This document shows positions 47,141 to 59,225 of a stretch of DNA of 59,225 nucleotides, piece after piece. A program made the translations under genes and the position numbers. Within the stretch, counting starts at the first letter, position 1. Each line of letters begins with the position of its first letter. The stretch spans positions 1 to 59,225 of the forward strand of contig JABANN010000157.1 of assembly GCA_013115125.1 (NCBI GenBank), given 5' to 3'. Source of the DNA: Perkinsus olseni. Taxonomy: Eukaryota. The notes under the pieces were generated by a model. The model searched no databases. It saw only the letters and a program-made list of their open reading frames with translations, and was not told where the DNA came from.

Positions 47141-50100
47141 TTAGTCCCCTCGGGCCTTCCTGGCCAGCTTGTCAAATTCATAAACATACCTGACTCAACC
47201 ACCACTCTGTCGTCGCTTCCTCGGCTGCTGCTACGTCCCCAGCGTCTTGATCCCCGTGATGTAATTCCATCGAGAAATCTTTTCGTTCTGACTGTGGGCA
47301 CCGTCGTCTCCTTGGCCGATCGGCAGCAAAATTAGAGGCTTGCCGTCAGTAACCTAGCACGAGCCCTCAGATCTAAGAAGACCCCCTCCTCCATCTACTT
47401 CGTCAAAAGTAAGCGTGATCGGTATCGAGCCGCCCTCCCGAGTATAGTCCGGCTCCTGCCCCTCATGGACCTGCACACAACCCTCGCCACCCACCCCATA
47501 CCGCAGCATCCTCACCTTCCTGGTCGCCGCAGCAGCAGCTTCGAAGTTGAAGTCAGCGATGTCGCCCACCCAGGGCTGATAGGGGATGTGGTTTCGAAGG
47601 TCCCGACGAAAGATAACTTACCCGAGCCGCAAGCAGACAGTTGACTTTGAGTCGGTTGCGGCTGCCAAGGCCATCGAAGACCTTCACCAAGTGCCTCTTG
47701 ACGCAGTCCTCAACGTGGGCCAAAGTCATATTGGGTACGGTGCGAATCGAAAACTTACCTACCACCGGTGACCAATCTTTGTGCTATATTGTCCAAGTTT
47801 TGGGCTCCAGAACTGACGGAGAAAACGAAGAAGGCTGTACGATAGATAACTCTCCGTAGATTCAGAATCTGTAATTAATTCTGTTTTATTATTGTTGTGA
47901 CAGCCTAACAACCAAAATGCGTTTTGGCATGGCTAATTCGCAGCTACGCCACTCCAATGAGAGTAGAGGATCTTCAGGGTACCCCCCCTACCAATGACGG
48001 TCCTCGGGATGACAGTCTTTGCGCCAGCTCCGGAGAATGCCCCCTCGATACCGTGAAGAGACAAGGAAGGATAGCGCGACCGGCCCATCAGAATCTCCGT
48101 AGAATTCTGAGCAAGAGCGCGCAGGTTCCAACCCTGCTCCTGACATCCCCGGATATTACGTTAAATAACAGAGGCATCCCGCCAACACCGTCATTGGCAT
48201 AGGCCTCGATATCAAAATCACAAACTTCGTATCTGACCCCACCCCAGTCGGCCCCCAAAGGCCCCCTGCCCCTGCTCTACTTCCTCCTCTCCTCAGTAGT
48301 CAGCTCAGCAACCTCGTCGTACATCCCCGGTATGAGGATCTTGCCACTACTGTCCACCAAGGTCGACATCAACTGAGGGACCTCGCTGAGCAAGACAATG
48401 GTTTCATTTTCCCTACTTCGATGAGATCATTTAGAGGCTCGTGAACAGCCCCACCATGGGAGCCCGAGTGCAGGTCCTTCTCACCACCACGGACCTGATC
48501 GAAGTACCTTTCCCACCCGTCAATCGCAAGCTTCTACCTCAACCGCAAAGTACGCCGCTCCTCGGATGCCGAACGTCAGGCAAGGGCGTCGGGTCCCCAG
48601 CCAATAGTTATCAGAAATACACGTGCCATCGACGTCCGCGAAGAAGGTCTCTCGTACCGACTACACCAACGCTCTCGCCACCGCTGAGGGCAGGCCCACC
48701 CCACCTGCAGACAAGGTTCGAGGCCCTCCGACCCGGACTCCTCCATCCCTTCAAAGACGCATCTGAGGGAACGACAATATTCCTGTATATAGCATTAATA
48801 ATCATTAGAGTTCAACATAGTTCCGAGATCAGCTAGGGACAACTTTTTCTTATTTTTTCTTGACCGGACAGTATTGCGATAGTTTATGGTACGGTATCAT
48901 TGATACCCCGGTAAAGGCTGTATAAAGGCAAGCTTATGATAGTAATCTACTTGGTGAAACCCCAAAGCAATTTAGTTTCATGCAAGACCAATTTCGGGCT
49001 TTACTATTTTGGTCTGGAAATGGTGGATAATTATGGTCTTTACCGGGACCAAGCCATTGAAAACCATTTACTTCATGTTGCAGGGCAAGGGGAGGTTGAA
49101 CTTCCTATGGAACTCCACAAACCAAAGCCAGCAGAGGACAGGCCCCTTATCGTCCGTGGCGCCCCTGCCATACCTGAGCAGTACACGTACGAGTAGCCAT
49201 TGAGAAGGAAACCACTACAATTTGCCATCAACCTCAGTGAGCTCGAAGGGTTCAGTATCCCACCCGTCTTCCTTCTCAGCTGGCTGGACCTGACCAAGAC
49301 CCTCACGGCAGCGGCCGGGCATCTCCCCAACTACATCAAGGTGACCATAGACACACAGCGTCGGACTCTGAGCTGGGGACCCACTCTCGAAGGTGCAGAA
49401 CAGAACTGGCGGCAAGGGTATCTTGCTCCCTACACAGGACGCATCAACCGCCACTCGGTAGCCCCGTCGCTTACCGTCAGGTAAAGTCTGTAGGCCTAGG
49501 TCAACGACATCGGTGACGCCGTCCAAGGCCTCGCACCACTTGGTAGCCCAGGCTATCGTTTGGATGACCTGTCCGCGGGATTAGCTCCATGAGAACTACG
49601 ATCAACTAGGCCAACCTGGGGGCGCTTGGCAGGGTCTCCCGACACGCCGGGGATGGCGACGCACTCCGCTAGACGAGCTATGAAGACCTGGCAGACGGCA
49701 CAAGCTGGCCGTAGCGGCATGGGGCTGTGAGCGCTACGTCCTGATTGAGGTCCACCCATTCGTAGAAGGCCTTGAATAAGTCTTCCTTAGGGTCCGAGGA
49801 GATGTCATCTTTGGTGTCTCTGAAGGCAGATCACCTCAGAACCGGGGACAGATTTCGAAGTCTCGGAGGTGACGAGCTACTCTCCCGAAGAACCGGCGAC
49901 AGCTTGTGCGAGGACCACCATCACCACCTGAATCCGATCTCGGTCTGGTCTGCCAGTATCTGCACCCCAGCCACTGGATCCGCCTTGGGAGAGGACAACT
50001 CCTCTTCCCTGATCAACAGCCGGTCATCGGAGTTTCCTAATATTCCCCTCCTACATATCTTTGGGTATCGGTCTGTAGGCAATCGACGGTGATGGTAGGA

Positions 50101-50311
50101 AGGGACGAGGGCTCACCGGATGATACGGTGACGCAGCGCCATCACCTGCTCAAGGGGAGGTCAGGACAGCTCATCAGGGCCCACCAGTACTAAAGTCAGC
50201 AGCCCCTCCGACCACACCCATGGCGGTGCCCGTCAGCTTCGCCCTGTCAACCTGCGGCCTTCGGTGAGGAGAGCTAGATTCCTCGATCTCCATGGTGATC
50301 TCTTCCGACAT
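47141..50311 (-). CDS. CNDP2: Cytosolic non-specific dipeptidase (peptidase M20, CNDP2/Dug1-like), copy 1
   Basis: [64 protein letters not shown]; last exon [15 protein letters not shown]. Confidence 0.92.
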
Positions 50312-50617
50312 CTTTCGAGTTGAACCCACCGAGCTACCGAGCCAGCCCGATGAAGGCCATCATTCCCTCAGCATTAACACACGAACTCAGACACAGAAGC
50401 CACGGGTGGTGAGAAACTATTCCCTACGATCGAGGAGCAGGTCTGATGACATAAATGAAATCTTAACAGGAACGGGCCCCTCCCAACGATGACACTGTGA
50501 CACGTGAAAGTGACTGGTTCGTACTACCACCACTACTATACTGATGAAGAACCAGCGTACGAGCAACCATCACGAGACAATAAGTACAGCAGTCAACAAC
50601 GTCATGGCGGAGGGCGG

Positions 50618-53254
50618 CTAATGCCTGGCCTTCTCCTCCTGGGTCATGCGGGAGAATTCATAAACGTACCTGTCCAAACGCAAATGACCAACGATGAATT
50701 CACCGAGGCCTGTTACGTTCCGAGGGTCTTCGCTCCCATTATGTAGTTCCTCCTAGAGATCTTCTCGTTCTGGCTATGAGCACCATCATTACCCTGGCCG
50801 ATCGGCAACAGAATCGCCGGCTTGCCACCACTGACCTCCTCGAAGGTGAGGGTGATAGGGATCGAACCACCCTCCCTGGTGTAGTCAGGCTCCACGCCCC
50901 ACACCTAGCGACAGACTGCACCGAACCCAAGGGGAAGGGGAGCTCTCACCTGCTTAGTCGCAGCAGCCGCAGCGCGGTAGTTGTAGCCGTTGAGGTCACC
51001 CATCCAGGGCTGAAGGGAAGGGAAAAAGTTGACAATGGAGATTGACCAAGACCAACTACTACTGCCCCTGTCCTTCTCATTCAGGCGACCATCTTCCCAG
51101 TACTACCTTTCCTGCATGGATGACATTAACCTTCAGACGATTCTTGCTGCCCAGAGTGTCGAACACCTTCACCACGTGTCTCTTCACGCACTCAGCGACG
51201 TGATCGATCGTCATGTGAGGGACCGTACGGATCGAGAATTTACCTACACCAAGCCGATGCTCGTCACCACGCCGACCATCGACCTTACCAACGACCGTGC
51301 GCGGGATGACAGTCTTCGCTCCAGCACCAGCAAAGGCTCCCTCGATACCGTGAAGGGAGAGGGTGGGGTACCGGGAACGCGCCATCAAGATCGTAGCCTT
51401 GTCCTGAGCAGGCACTCCTCTCAAAACGCTATGGGCGTCAGTCCCCTCCGACCTGACTAAGGAGTGGCATCCCTCCAGTGTCTTCGTTAGCGTAGCTAGC
51501 GACATCGAAATCACAACGCTCGTATCTGCAGGGCAGCACTGGGGGCCATCGAAGGCCTGGCGAGGCGTACCGCTCCTTCTCCTCCTCCGTGAGCTCATCA
51601 ACCTCATCATAGATGCCGGGCACTAGAATCTTTCCTGTGGCGCTGTCGACCAGAGTGGACATGATCTGCATGAGGGCCTCTATTGGATGAAGGAAGGGGC
51701 CTGAGGTGGTCCTACCTTGATGAGGTCAGTCATAGGCTCCTGGACTGCTCCGCCGTGAGCACCCGAATGGAGATCCTTCGTGCCGCCTCGAACCTAGCGA
51801 CATCTCGTACCACAACTTCACCAAATCACTCCGAGTACCTCCACAGCAAAGTAGACATTGCCGCGGATACCCCACGTGACGCAGGGGCGTTCCAAGCCCA
51901 TCCAGTAGTTATCAGAAATACAGATGCCGTCCACGTCATGGAAGAAGGTCTCACTCACCGACTGAGGGAGGCGAACACCAATCACTCCCAGCCGTACCGA
52001 ACCTCTCTACCTTCAGGCACTCCTCAAGGCCTTCGGAACCAGACTCCTCCATGCCCTCGAAAACGCATCTGTAGCAATGATAATAAAGAGCCGGGCCGAG
52101 ACGAGTGACCAACGCTCACTTTAAGTTGCAGGGCAAAGGAAGGTTGAACTTCCTATGGAACTCCACAAACCAAAGCCAGCAGAGGACAGGCCCCTTATCG
52201 TCCGTGGCGCCCCTGCCGTACCTGAACACGACCAACTGCCAAGTGAGACCCCCCCTAGTTTCCCCCTACAAGTTGCCATCCTTCTCAGTTAGCTGGAATG
52301 GCTCCGTGTCCCAGCCGTCCTCCTTGCTGGCCGGTTGGACGTCCAAATGACCATAAACACAGAGAGTTGGGACATCGGGCAGGGTAGACTCGAACGTGGC
52401 GAACAGGGCCGGAGGGCGAACGATACGACTACCTGAGCGACCGGAGGCCATGTGACGGGGGAGCCGGCCATCGGCCTACCATCAGGGAGAGTCTGAAGAC
52501 CCAGATCGACCGGTTCGGTGACGCCTCCGAGGGACTCACACCACTTGGTGGCCCAGGCGACGGTTTGCAGGACCTGGAAGAGGGCCGTGTGCAAGGGAGG
52601 TTGGTTGTGGTGGGTCAGGTACTTACCCGAGGGCGTAGAGTAGGGTCACCGGAAACACTGGGGATGGCAACAGCTTCAGCTAGTCGTGATACGAACACCT
52701 ACAGGACAGACCAGAAATGTGCGCAGGTTCGTTCCCGGCACCCTACATTTTGGTTGAGGTCAATCCATTCATACATGGCCTTGTAGAGGTCCTTAGCAGG
52801 GTCAGCGGTGATGCTCTGATTGGTCTCTCTGAGCATAGGGGGTGGTGGCAGGAGGAGGAGCATCGACCCCCACCTGAATTCGAGCTCGCACTCATCAGCC
52901 ATGGTCTGAACGCTAGCTACTGCATCACATTCAGCGGAAGACAGATCTTGCTGCCTGAAACATCCACCAACCTATTCTGTATCTTATGCGCTCAACCTCA
53001 TGATACGCCTCACATCTGCACCGTCATTGGCTTGTACGGGATAGAGGGAGAGGGCAGCAAGTTCTGCGGCGTGACCGGATGGTACGGCGAGGAGGCCAAG
53101 TTGCCTGACTTTACCCAACTGTCCATCCCCCAGACGACTCGATACTACTAGAGAAGCCCCCGGTGGCCGTGGCGGGCACGGCGCCGTAGTCAACCTTCGG
53201 TGGAGCGTGAGGGGCGTTAGACTCCTCAATGTTCAGCGTGAACTCTTCAGACAT
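50618..53254 (-). CDS. CNDP2: Cytosolic non-specific dipeptidase (peptidase M20, CNDP2/Dug1-like), copy 2 (tandem paralog)
   Basis: Same motifs and largely the same intron positions as copy 1 ([41 protein letters not shown]); ends [16 protein letters not shown]. Confidence 0.92.
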
Positions 53255-53328
53255 AACAACTTCACTACAATTAGCTGTCGGACAAAATCCTTCACCGCGC
53301 CACGAAATTCCCCGCAACGAAACACCGG

Positions 53329-54930
53329 TCAAGTCCAACCAGAGACCACCATCGTGCATTCACCCATGGGCTCCATTGCCCTGCCTCCTGCCTGCACTGC
53401 CATCACCCTGACCTTGAACACTCCCGCCCCTCCGACGGCCACCATCTCCTGCAATCCACCACTTTGGTGACGGCACGCCTGTGACTTAAACCCCCATTCA
53501 ACAAGCTAATTCTGCAACCGAGGATCGATGCCTGAACTGATCTTCAAACATGAAATACGGTGCCAGAATTGACTCTGGAATTTCGAATCGCTTTTTCGAA
53601 CGGCCCCAAAGCTACATCACAGCAGTCCACCGAAGTGAAGACCTGAGGAGCTCCTCCAGCTGAGTGGGCAAGAGTACTACGATAGACCTAGAAACACAAG
53701 GGAGGTGCTTTGGACCACATCCCGGGGACGCGGACTGGTTCCAGAGTCGCCGAGTCAATAAAGGCAACCTCTCCTCCTTTGGATACAGCAACCGCTACTC
53801 GATCACTGAGATAACTGATACCTTCGATGGTAGACTCGAACGTGATTTGGTGAGGGAGTGGTATCTGCATCAGTCGTTACAGGGATGCCCGGAGCTGCTT
53901 ACCACCTCCTTCCAGCTGCATCGCGGCTCGAAGACCTTCACCCTACACTGACTCGCCGTGAACCCCTTGGAGCCGCAAATGATGGGACCTGCCACCGACC
54001 TCCGCAGGAAGCGGCTGAGCTTTCCTGCATCCCACAGGTAGCATCCGGCCCGACTGCACAAGAGACCAACTGATCCGGCCCACATGCAGCCGAGTGGACG
54101 AGGGCAGCCGTCCTCATGTCCCACACCTGCTGACAGCTGTTTCAGCGCGTAGCCCTGAGCACAGGCCCACTCTGAACTGGAGATCCTCAGAAAGCTGGAT
54201 CACCGACAAGGACTCCGGCAAGATTCTGACACCACTGAGGTTGACCCTGGCTTCACGCGGTCGATAGAGACACCTCAAACGAGTAACCACGTTCCTCGAG
54301 ATCCATGTTGATGATATCCGCTGCTGTGTGTCGATGTCCCACCAACAGACCCTGCAGTCTCGGCCACCCGTTACTGCCATCCGCCGCTAAAGGCTCCCTC
54401 ACCAGACGTAAGGCTGCCGTCTATCACTCACCCGTAGACAACCCGCTACGGAAGCGACAGATCGATCGTGACCACCGGTGAATCTACCAACTTCAACCGG
54501 TTCCCGGCCCCCTGTGGTAGTGGACCATACTGCAGCCATCTTGTCGACAGAGCAGGTAAGGAAGTGGCCATCCTCGAGGGGAGCCTGAGGGGCTTCTTAA
54601 GCAATCTGAGGACACTGACAAGACCCACCACTTCGTTAATACCACCTTGATGGGCCCTGCAGTGCCAGTCCTCACTCCACGCCAAAGGCCCCGGCCGGCT
54701 GCCCAGAGCGGACAAGCACCCATCCACATCCGCGAGGAGCAGCTGCCGCCCCGACGATGATCCCTCTAGAAAGACCACGGAGGTTATGATGTCCCCAAGG
54801 GACACCTACACAGCGAAGGCTCCCACGGCTAAGTCAAAGTTGTCCGGACCTTCACAGCCGACGCTGGGCGTGGACTATCCTCATCCTCAGGGTGGTATGA
54901 TGATCGAGAGCAACATGGAAGGCAGACCAT
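53329..54930 (-). CDS. WDR31: WD40-repeat protein, WDR31-like, with Cys-rich N-terminus (MVCLPCCS)
   Basis: TCSVDKMAAVW, FTGHDRSV, TGGRDCRVCWWD..ISRNVVT, IQLSEDLQFR|VWDMR, GSKGF..QCRVKVFEPR resemble WDR31 blocks. Confidence 0.75.
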
Positions 54931-55254
54931 GGGTGATCCTCGGCCAGTATCTCCTAATCAGAATTTCCACGACTTCTACGCTTTCACTTTTGTTGCAGTG
55001 GAAACAAAGTTCTACACGTCTGAAATGATTGATTGTGAGGACCACAAGAGAGACTTTTGCCGAAGGCCTTAACCAGCCAAAACAAACAGAAGGCAGCGCC
55101 CAATACAATAGATAGGCTTGGGGTTGCTATCATCCTATTCGGTGAAGCCACCGGTCAACATAATGAGCGTTAAGGAATTAGAAGATTCCACAAGAGCGCA
55201 AGATCTGTCCCTTGCTCCTGTCTCAGCGTTGCGTTAAACGTCTCTGCTTCCACC

Positions 55255-55656
55255 ATGAAGACGAGTTACCTGCGGGTCTTCCTCTCCCTGCTTCTTCTGA
55301 TCCACCCGGCCCTTTCCATCACCAGTGGCACTAGAATACGCTACGTTGACGATGACGACGACGAGCCTTCCTCGGGCTGCTTTGGCTTCTGCCGATTCTT
55401 CAAGAGACGAAAGAAGAACAAATACAAACGCATGCTAGACCAGTCAGTCCCGTACAGATCGATAGACATGAGCTATGCCTTTGACGAGTCCCAAGGCCCT
55501 CGAGTGGCGTCCTCGAAGAGCTTTCGCAGTTCCGAGTACGAGCATATCAGAAACCCTTACCATACAACCTCCTTCGGGACATTCTCAACTGACGAGTCCA
55601 GACAGTACAGAGAGAAGATGGAGGGCTTGGCAGACAATAAGTTCAAAAAATGGTGA
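55255..55656 (+). CDS. Small secreted protein, paralog A (133 aa, intronless)
   Basis: Signal peptide MKTSYLRVFLSLLLLIHPALS; homologous to 57146-57577. Confidence 0.8.
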   Translation: MKTSYLRVFLSLLLLIHPALSITSGTRIRYVDDDDDEPSSGCFGFCRFFKRRKKNKYKRMLDQSVPYRSIDMSYAFDESQGPRVASSKSFRSSEYEHIRNPYHTTSFGTFSTDESRQYREKMEGLADNKFKKW

Positions 55657-57145
55657 TCACCTTTCTCCTCATGTTGTTCGATGTTGTCATTCACCACCAT
55701 CATCATGTTCTGGGTTAGTTTCATCACGCTGAAGCAGGCCGATACACTGCGAAATGCCTGTGAGTTGGTGGTGGTGTGGTAGGTGGGAAGGGACGCTACG
55801 CACTGGGGAAGGAGCGATTGACTAACGGCAGTCGTTCAAGGAATGTCTTGCCACAGTTGAAGGCGATCGTCGCTCAACGGGAACCTATCTCCTTCCATTA
55901 TCGCCCTTGTTACTGCGTGACGTTGATGTCAGGGTTTTCGGGCCTCTCGTGATTTCGGCGTCGAAGGTCACGTGATGATGGGTGACTGCTTTGTTTTGCC
56001 GTCCGGAGTGTTATTCGTGTACGCTCTTCTCTTCGTTATTTCTGCCAACTTAGGAGCACTAGGGGTGTTCAACCTCTCCTGACTTTCAGGAGGATGACCC
56101 AGGATTGAATTCAACGTGTTCAGGAGAGATCTGTTGAACACGCGGACAGATTCGCGCATCCAACTTTACGTCTTCGGCTACTCATGATGATCTCTTTATT
56201 TTCAGACTGCTGCCCTGTTAGTGTATTTATGATGGACCGAGTGGTATCATCCGTCAGTCAAGTAGTTTCGCATGGAGCTTTACTTCGTTGTATCCCTTTT
56301 GGTCGCGGGGTGTTGGTGTCTGGATTGTTTGCCCGTGGTAATAAGAGTCCAGTCCTCTCAGAATAGAAAGGCCTCAGATTAAACAGAGTTAATAATATCA
56401 AGTTGTGGTTAGTATGACGCACAACCAGAAAGACTGATTATCTATGAGGATATCACTACGGAGGGAGTGGCGACGTTCCAATATCAATGCCAATGGCATC
56501 ACAGTTGGATGGACTGAATCATAGTCTCAATACTGGCCACAGCTCAGCGGGCTAGATACACACAACGTCAATTGTGCAGAACGTCCCAGAAAAGGATATC
56601 CCAGATTGAAACCTTCCAGTGTCGCCGTGTCGCCGCGGTGACACGGTTGCAATCAGTCGAGCCTCTCCACTGGAGAGGCTCGACGTTGACGGAGCGTTGC
56701 TCCCACTGGTACATACGGGAACGGGACAGTTCTGGAATGCCCGCCACGGTATCCCCTCATCCCCACTCGCCGTTGATTAAAGCGACGCATGAAGTTGTTT
56801 GCACGACTTCAATGGCAATACCGTGGAAATAGATCTCTTTGCATCGGTTCGGAATCCCTTCTTGAGCGCATAAATTTTATCCTAGAGTACACCAGCTGAT
56901 TCGTGGACTCCTTGCCGTATCGGCCCAGAGCCGCCCTTGTTTCGCACAGCGGTGTTGTCACGATAGCAGCCGAGGCAATGGCGTTTCTGGAGATCCCGGG
57001 CGGGGTAAAGATCGCTGCTGGATTCATCGATCATCAGGGCGATAAGATAGCGGAGTTCGAGCGCTGCGTTGCCCGACTTCGGATTGTTGAATGAGAGCTT
57101 ATGTTCGTTTCCTTGGGCAGTCCTTTTTCGACGCATTTTAATTTC

Positions 57146-57577
57146 ATGAAGGTCAACCATATGTGGCTCATCTGTCGCCTCCTTCAGGCCTTCCCAGGGC
57201 TCTCCTTCGCCAGAGGACCTCCTGCAGAAGACGAAGAGGGGAAAAACTCCGGAGGCTGCTTCGGGCCTTTGTATCGGTGCCTTGGCCTCAAGCGGAAAAA
57301 GATCAATTATAAGCCCCTCGAAGATGATTCTGTATCGTATCAATCCGTGGACTCGCTCTCCCTCGACGACCGGGACCCGATCGCAGAGGATTTCCGAACG
57401 GCAGGCCCTATGTCAGTGTATCAGCCAGGGCCTCGTGGCACAGGCTTTGAGCGGACTGAAGAGCTCCTGATGAATAGTCTGCCTGGAAATAGCCCGTCCT
57501 TTGATGAGTCAGAGGAGTCCAAACGGTATAACGAAAGAATGGCGAGGACGGCGAATGAGAAATTCGGTAAGAAATGA
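57146..57577 (+). CDS. Small secreted protein, paralog B (143 aa, intronless)
   Basis: MKVNHMWLICRLLQAFPGLSFA leader; shares GCFG, the basic cluster, YK, SV.Y.S.D and ES..Y.E.M...A..KF.K blocks with paralog A. Confidence 0.75.
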   Translation: MKVNHMWLICRLLQAFPGLSFARGPPAEDEEGKNSGGCFGPLYRCLGLKRKKINYKPLEDDSVSYQSVDSLSLDDRDPIAEDFRTAGPMSVYQPGPRGTGFERTEELLMNSLPGNSPSFDESEESKRYNERMARTANEKFGKK

Positions 57578-58304
57578 TCCCCTCCCTCGCGCATGTTGTT
57601 AGATGTTATCAAAAACTTTCGTCTAATGTTGAGCTTGTTTACTCAATAATGCTGCGTAAGGCAAGGCGTCCGACGCGCGTGAGAGAGGCGATCTCTGTGT
57701 AGATGTACATGAATTGCGGAAAATTAGGTATCATTGAGTTCCTTCTGTGTGTCGGTTTTGTACCGTCGTGGAAGTCAGTCACTCTTGCTCTTCCGACACT
57801 TATCGTATTTTACCTGTTTGGGCGCCACCCCATCCTCTGACAGAAGTCGCCTTGATCGGTCCCTCCAGCCCACGGCCGATGTGTGGCTCACCACAGTACC
57901 CTATTGCCGACGTTAAATGGGCGGCCACCATAGAAAACCCGGCCTTTTCCTCAGCGTCAATCGGAGCTCAAGATCGGAGGTGGAGCCTGATTTGGCTATC
58001 CCCAAGTCCATCTAAGCGCAACATGCCTTCAGCCGATCTACATCCCCATTAACCTAGCCAGAATAACTTTCCGTAGGCCTAACGATCCCCAGGCCAGACC
58101 AGTAATCGACATGAAACTCGTGAGCTTGTTCTGACGCCAATAACTCAGTCAGTGAGTACTAAAGGTCTCTATCAAGCCCAACTTGATATGAACCACCTCT
58201 GAGGATCTTGGCACCTAGAATGCCATCTCCGTGACATCCTCGCCAACTCTCAACTCCACTCTTACTCGATGGACATCAACAGCACAGTCAACACGGTAAA
58301 CGCT

Positions 58305-58950
58305 TCAAATGGAATTTTGGCCGGTCTCATGCTTGGCGGCAAAGCTCAAGGCTTTAGCCATCTTCTTTCTGACAAACTTCTTAATCCAACTTCTCCCCTT
58401 TTGGTACCCCTTAGGAGGAGTATTCTCAATGGCATCGATCAAAGCTACACACTCATCGTAAGTTACGCCGTAGTAGACCCTCGGTAGAACTGTGTCAATC
58501 AGATGCCCGAAAGGAAGTACTTCTTTAAATTCCCTTTCGATAGCCTCCGACCGTCCCTCAACCTTTTGACTGACCCCACCCTCTTTCACAAATTCAATTT
58601 TCGCGTCCTTCTCTTCGCTTTTCCTGGAGAGGACCAAAACCTCAACGAAGGTGCTCTACATGAGCTGATGTTGATCGTCACCAGTAAGAGACGCTAGTCC
58701 CGGTCTCGCTGTCCTGCCAGTAGATTTCCTTTCCGCCATGCCAGCCTGGTATGATCACGCTTAAAAGGCTGTCAATGTACTTAGCTTGACATCCACTGTG
58801 GATGTTCTTTACTTGAAGCAGAACACCTATCGGTTCCGAGGAGTGCTGTGAATTGCGTACTTCTCGATCGAGGTCAAGTGCAGTCTGAAGAGCCATCCCT
58901 GAAGACAGGGCGAATGACAGGATCGACACGGAGAGACCGAAGAATACCAT
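58305..58950 (-). CDS. Hypothetical secreted protein (probably two exons)
   Basis: Signal-like MVFFGLSVSILSFALSSGMA in the 58678-58971 ORF, followed by the coding-like 58305-58637 ORF. Confidence 0.45.
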
Positions 58951-59170
58951 GACGGAGGGGATACTGATCACGATTCTGGAAGCAGGAACATTACGCCCTG
59001 AGAAGTTCTTAGCCTCATTCCTCTCAGTGACAGGTACGAGGCCTTGTTCGACCGAGCTGTTGAGCTTGACTTGGTAAGATGAGAGCCAGTACGAGAGAAC
59101 ATCGATCGAGACACGGGAATTTGGGCGTTGTTCTCGACCACTTTTTCTCTTACATTAGAGGTGGGCGACA

Positions 59171-59225
59171 GTACGGGTACGGTCTAGTACGAAGTACGGT
59201 ACGGGTACGAGTACGGCTCCGTACC
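59171..59225. repeat. Cluster of GTACG motifs (7 copies plus GTACC) at the window end
   Basis: gtacgggtacggtctagtacgaagtacggtacgggtacgagtacggctccgtacc. Confidence 0.6.

Noticed and set aside
49009-52350. Repeated plus-strand peptide [24 protein letters not shown] suggesting a separate repeat gene
   Set aside because: It is the antisense of the conserved [11 protein letters not shown] exon in the two CNDP2 paralogs.
2861-54930. Flagellar gene cluster (DNAAF1, centrin, WDR31)
   Set aside because: The genes are scattered over 50 kb among unrelated genes, as expected by chance in a flagellated organism.

Overview
Gene-dense eukaryotic DNA with many short GT-AG introns. Gene content, intron size and an alveolate-type centrin suggest a perkinsid (Perkinsus-like) alveolate; this is inference, not a database match. 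The ORF track fragments most genes, so I rebuilt the models by hand-splicing and the boundaries are approximate. Left to right: 5' end of an LTR-retroelement-like gag ORF, RPS19, LSM8, DNAAF1/ODA7, a small coiled-coil gene, type I DnaJ, an intronless SPX + SLC13/TrkA-C transporter, an AT-hook/HMG-like gene, DNA ligase IV, a MITE-like element and a degenerate region, a secreted hypothetical protein, a signal-peptide methyltransferase, proteasome beta5, a BAG-like protein, a low-complexity protein, a mitochondrial carrier, a decayed Cys-cluster (transposon-like) region, a membrane protein, Mei2-like RRM protein, SMYD-type SET protein, centrin, GINS PSF2, two tandem CNDP2 dipeptidases with a shared unexplained N-terminal extension, WDR31, and a cluster of small secreted proteins. 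The best candidates for novelty are (i) a paralogous pair of small secreted proteins combining a Cys+polybasic membrane-anchor-like motif with two ITIM-consensus tyrosine motifs and a conserved 3' UTR element, and (ii) the SPX-TrkA-C-SLC13 fusion. No rRNA, tRNA or CRISPR features were recognised.
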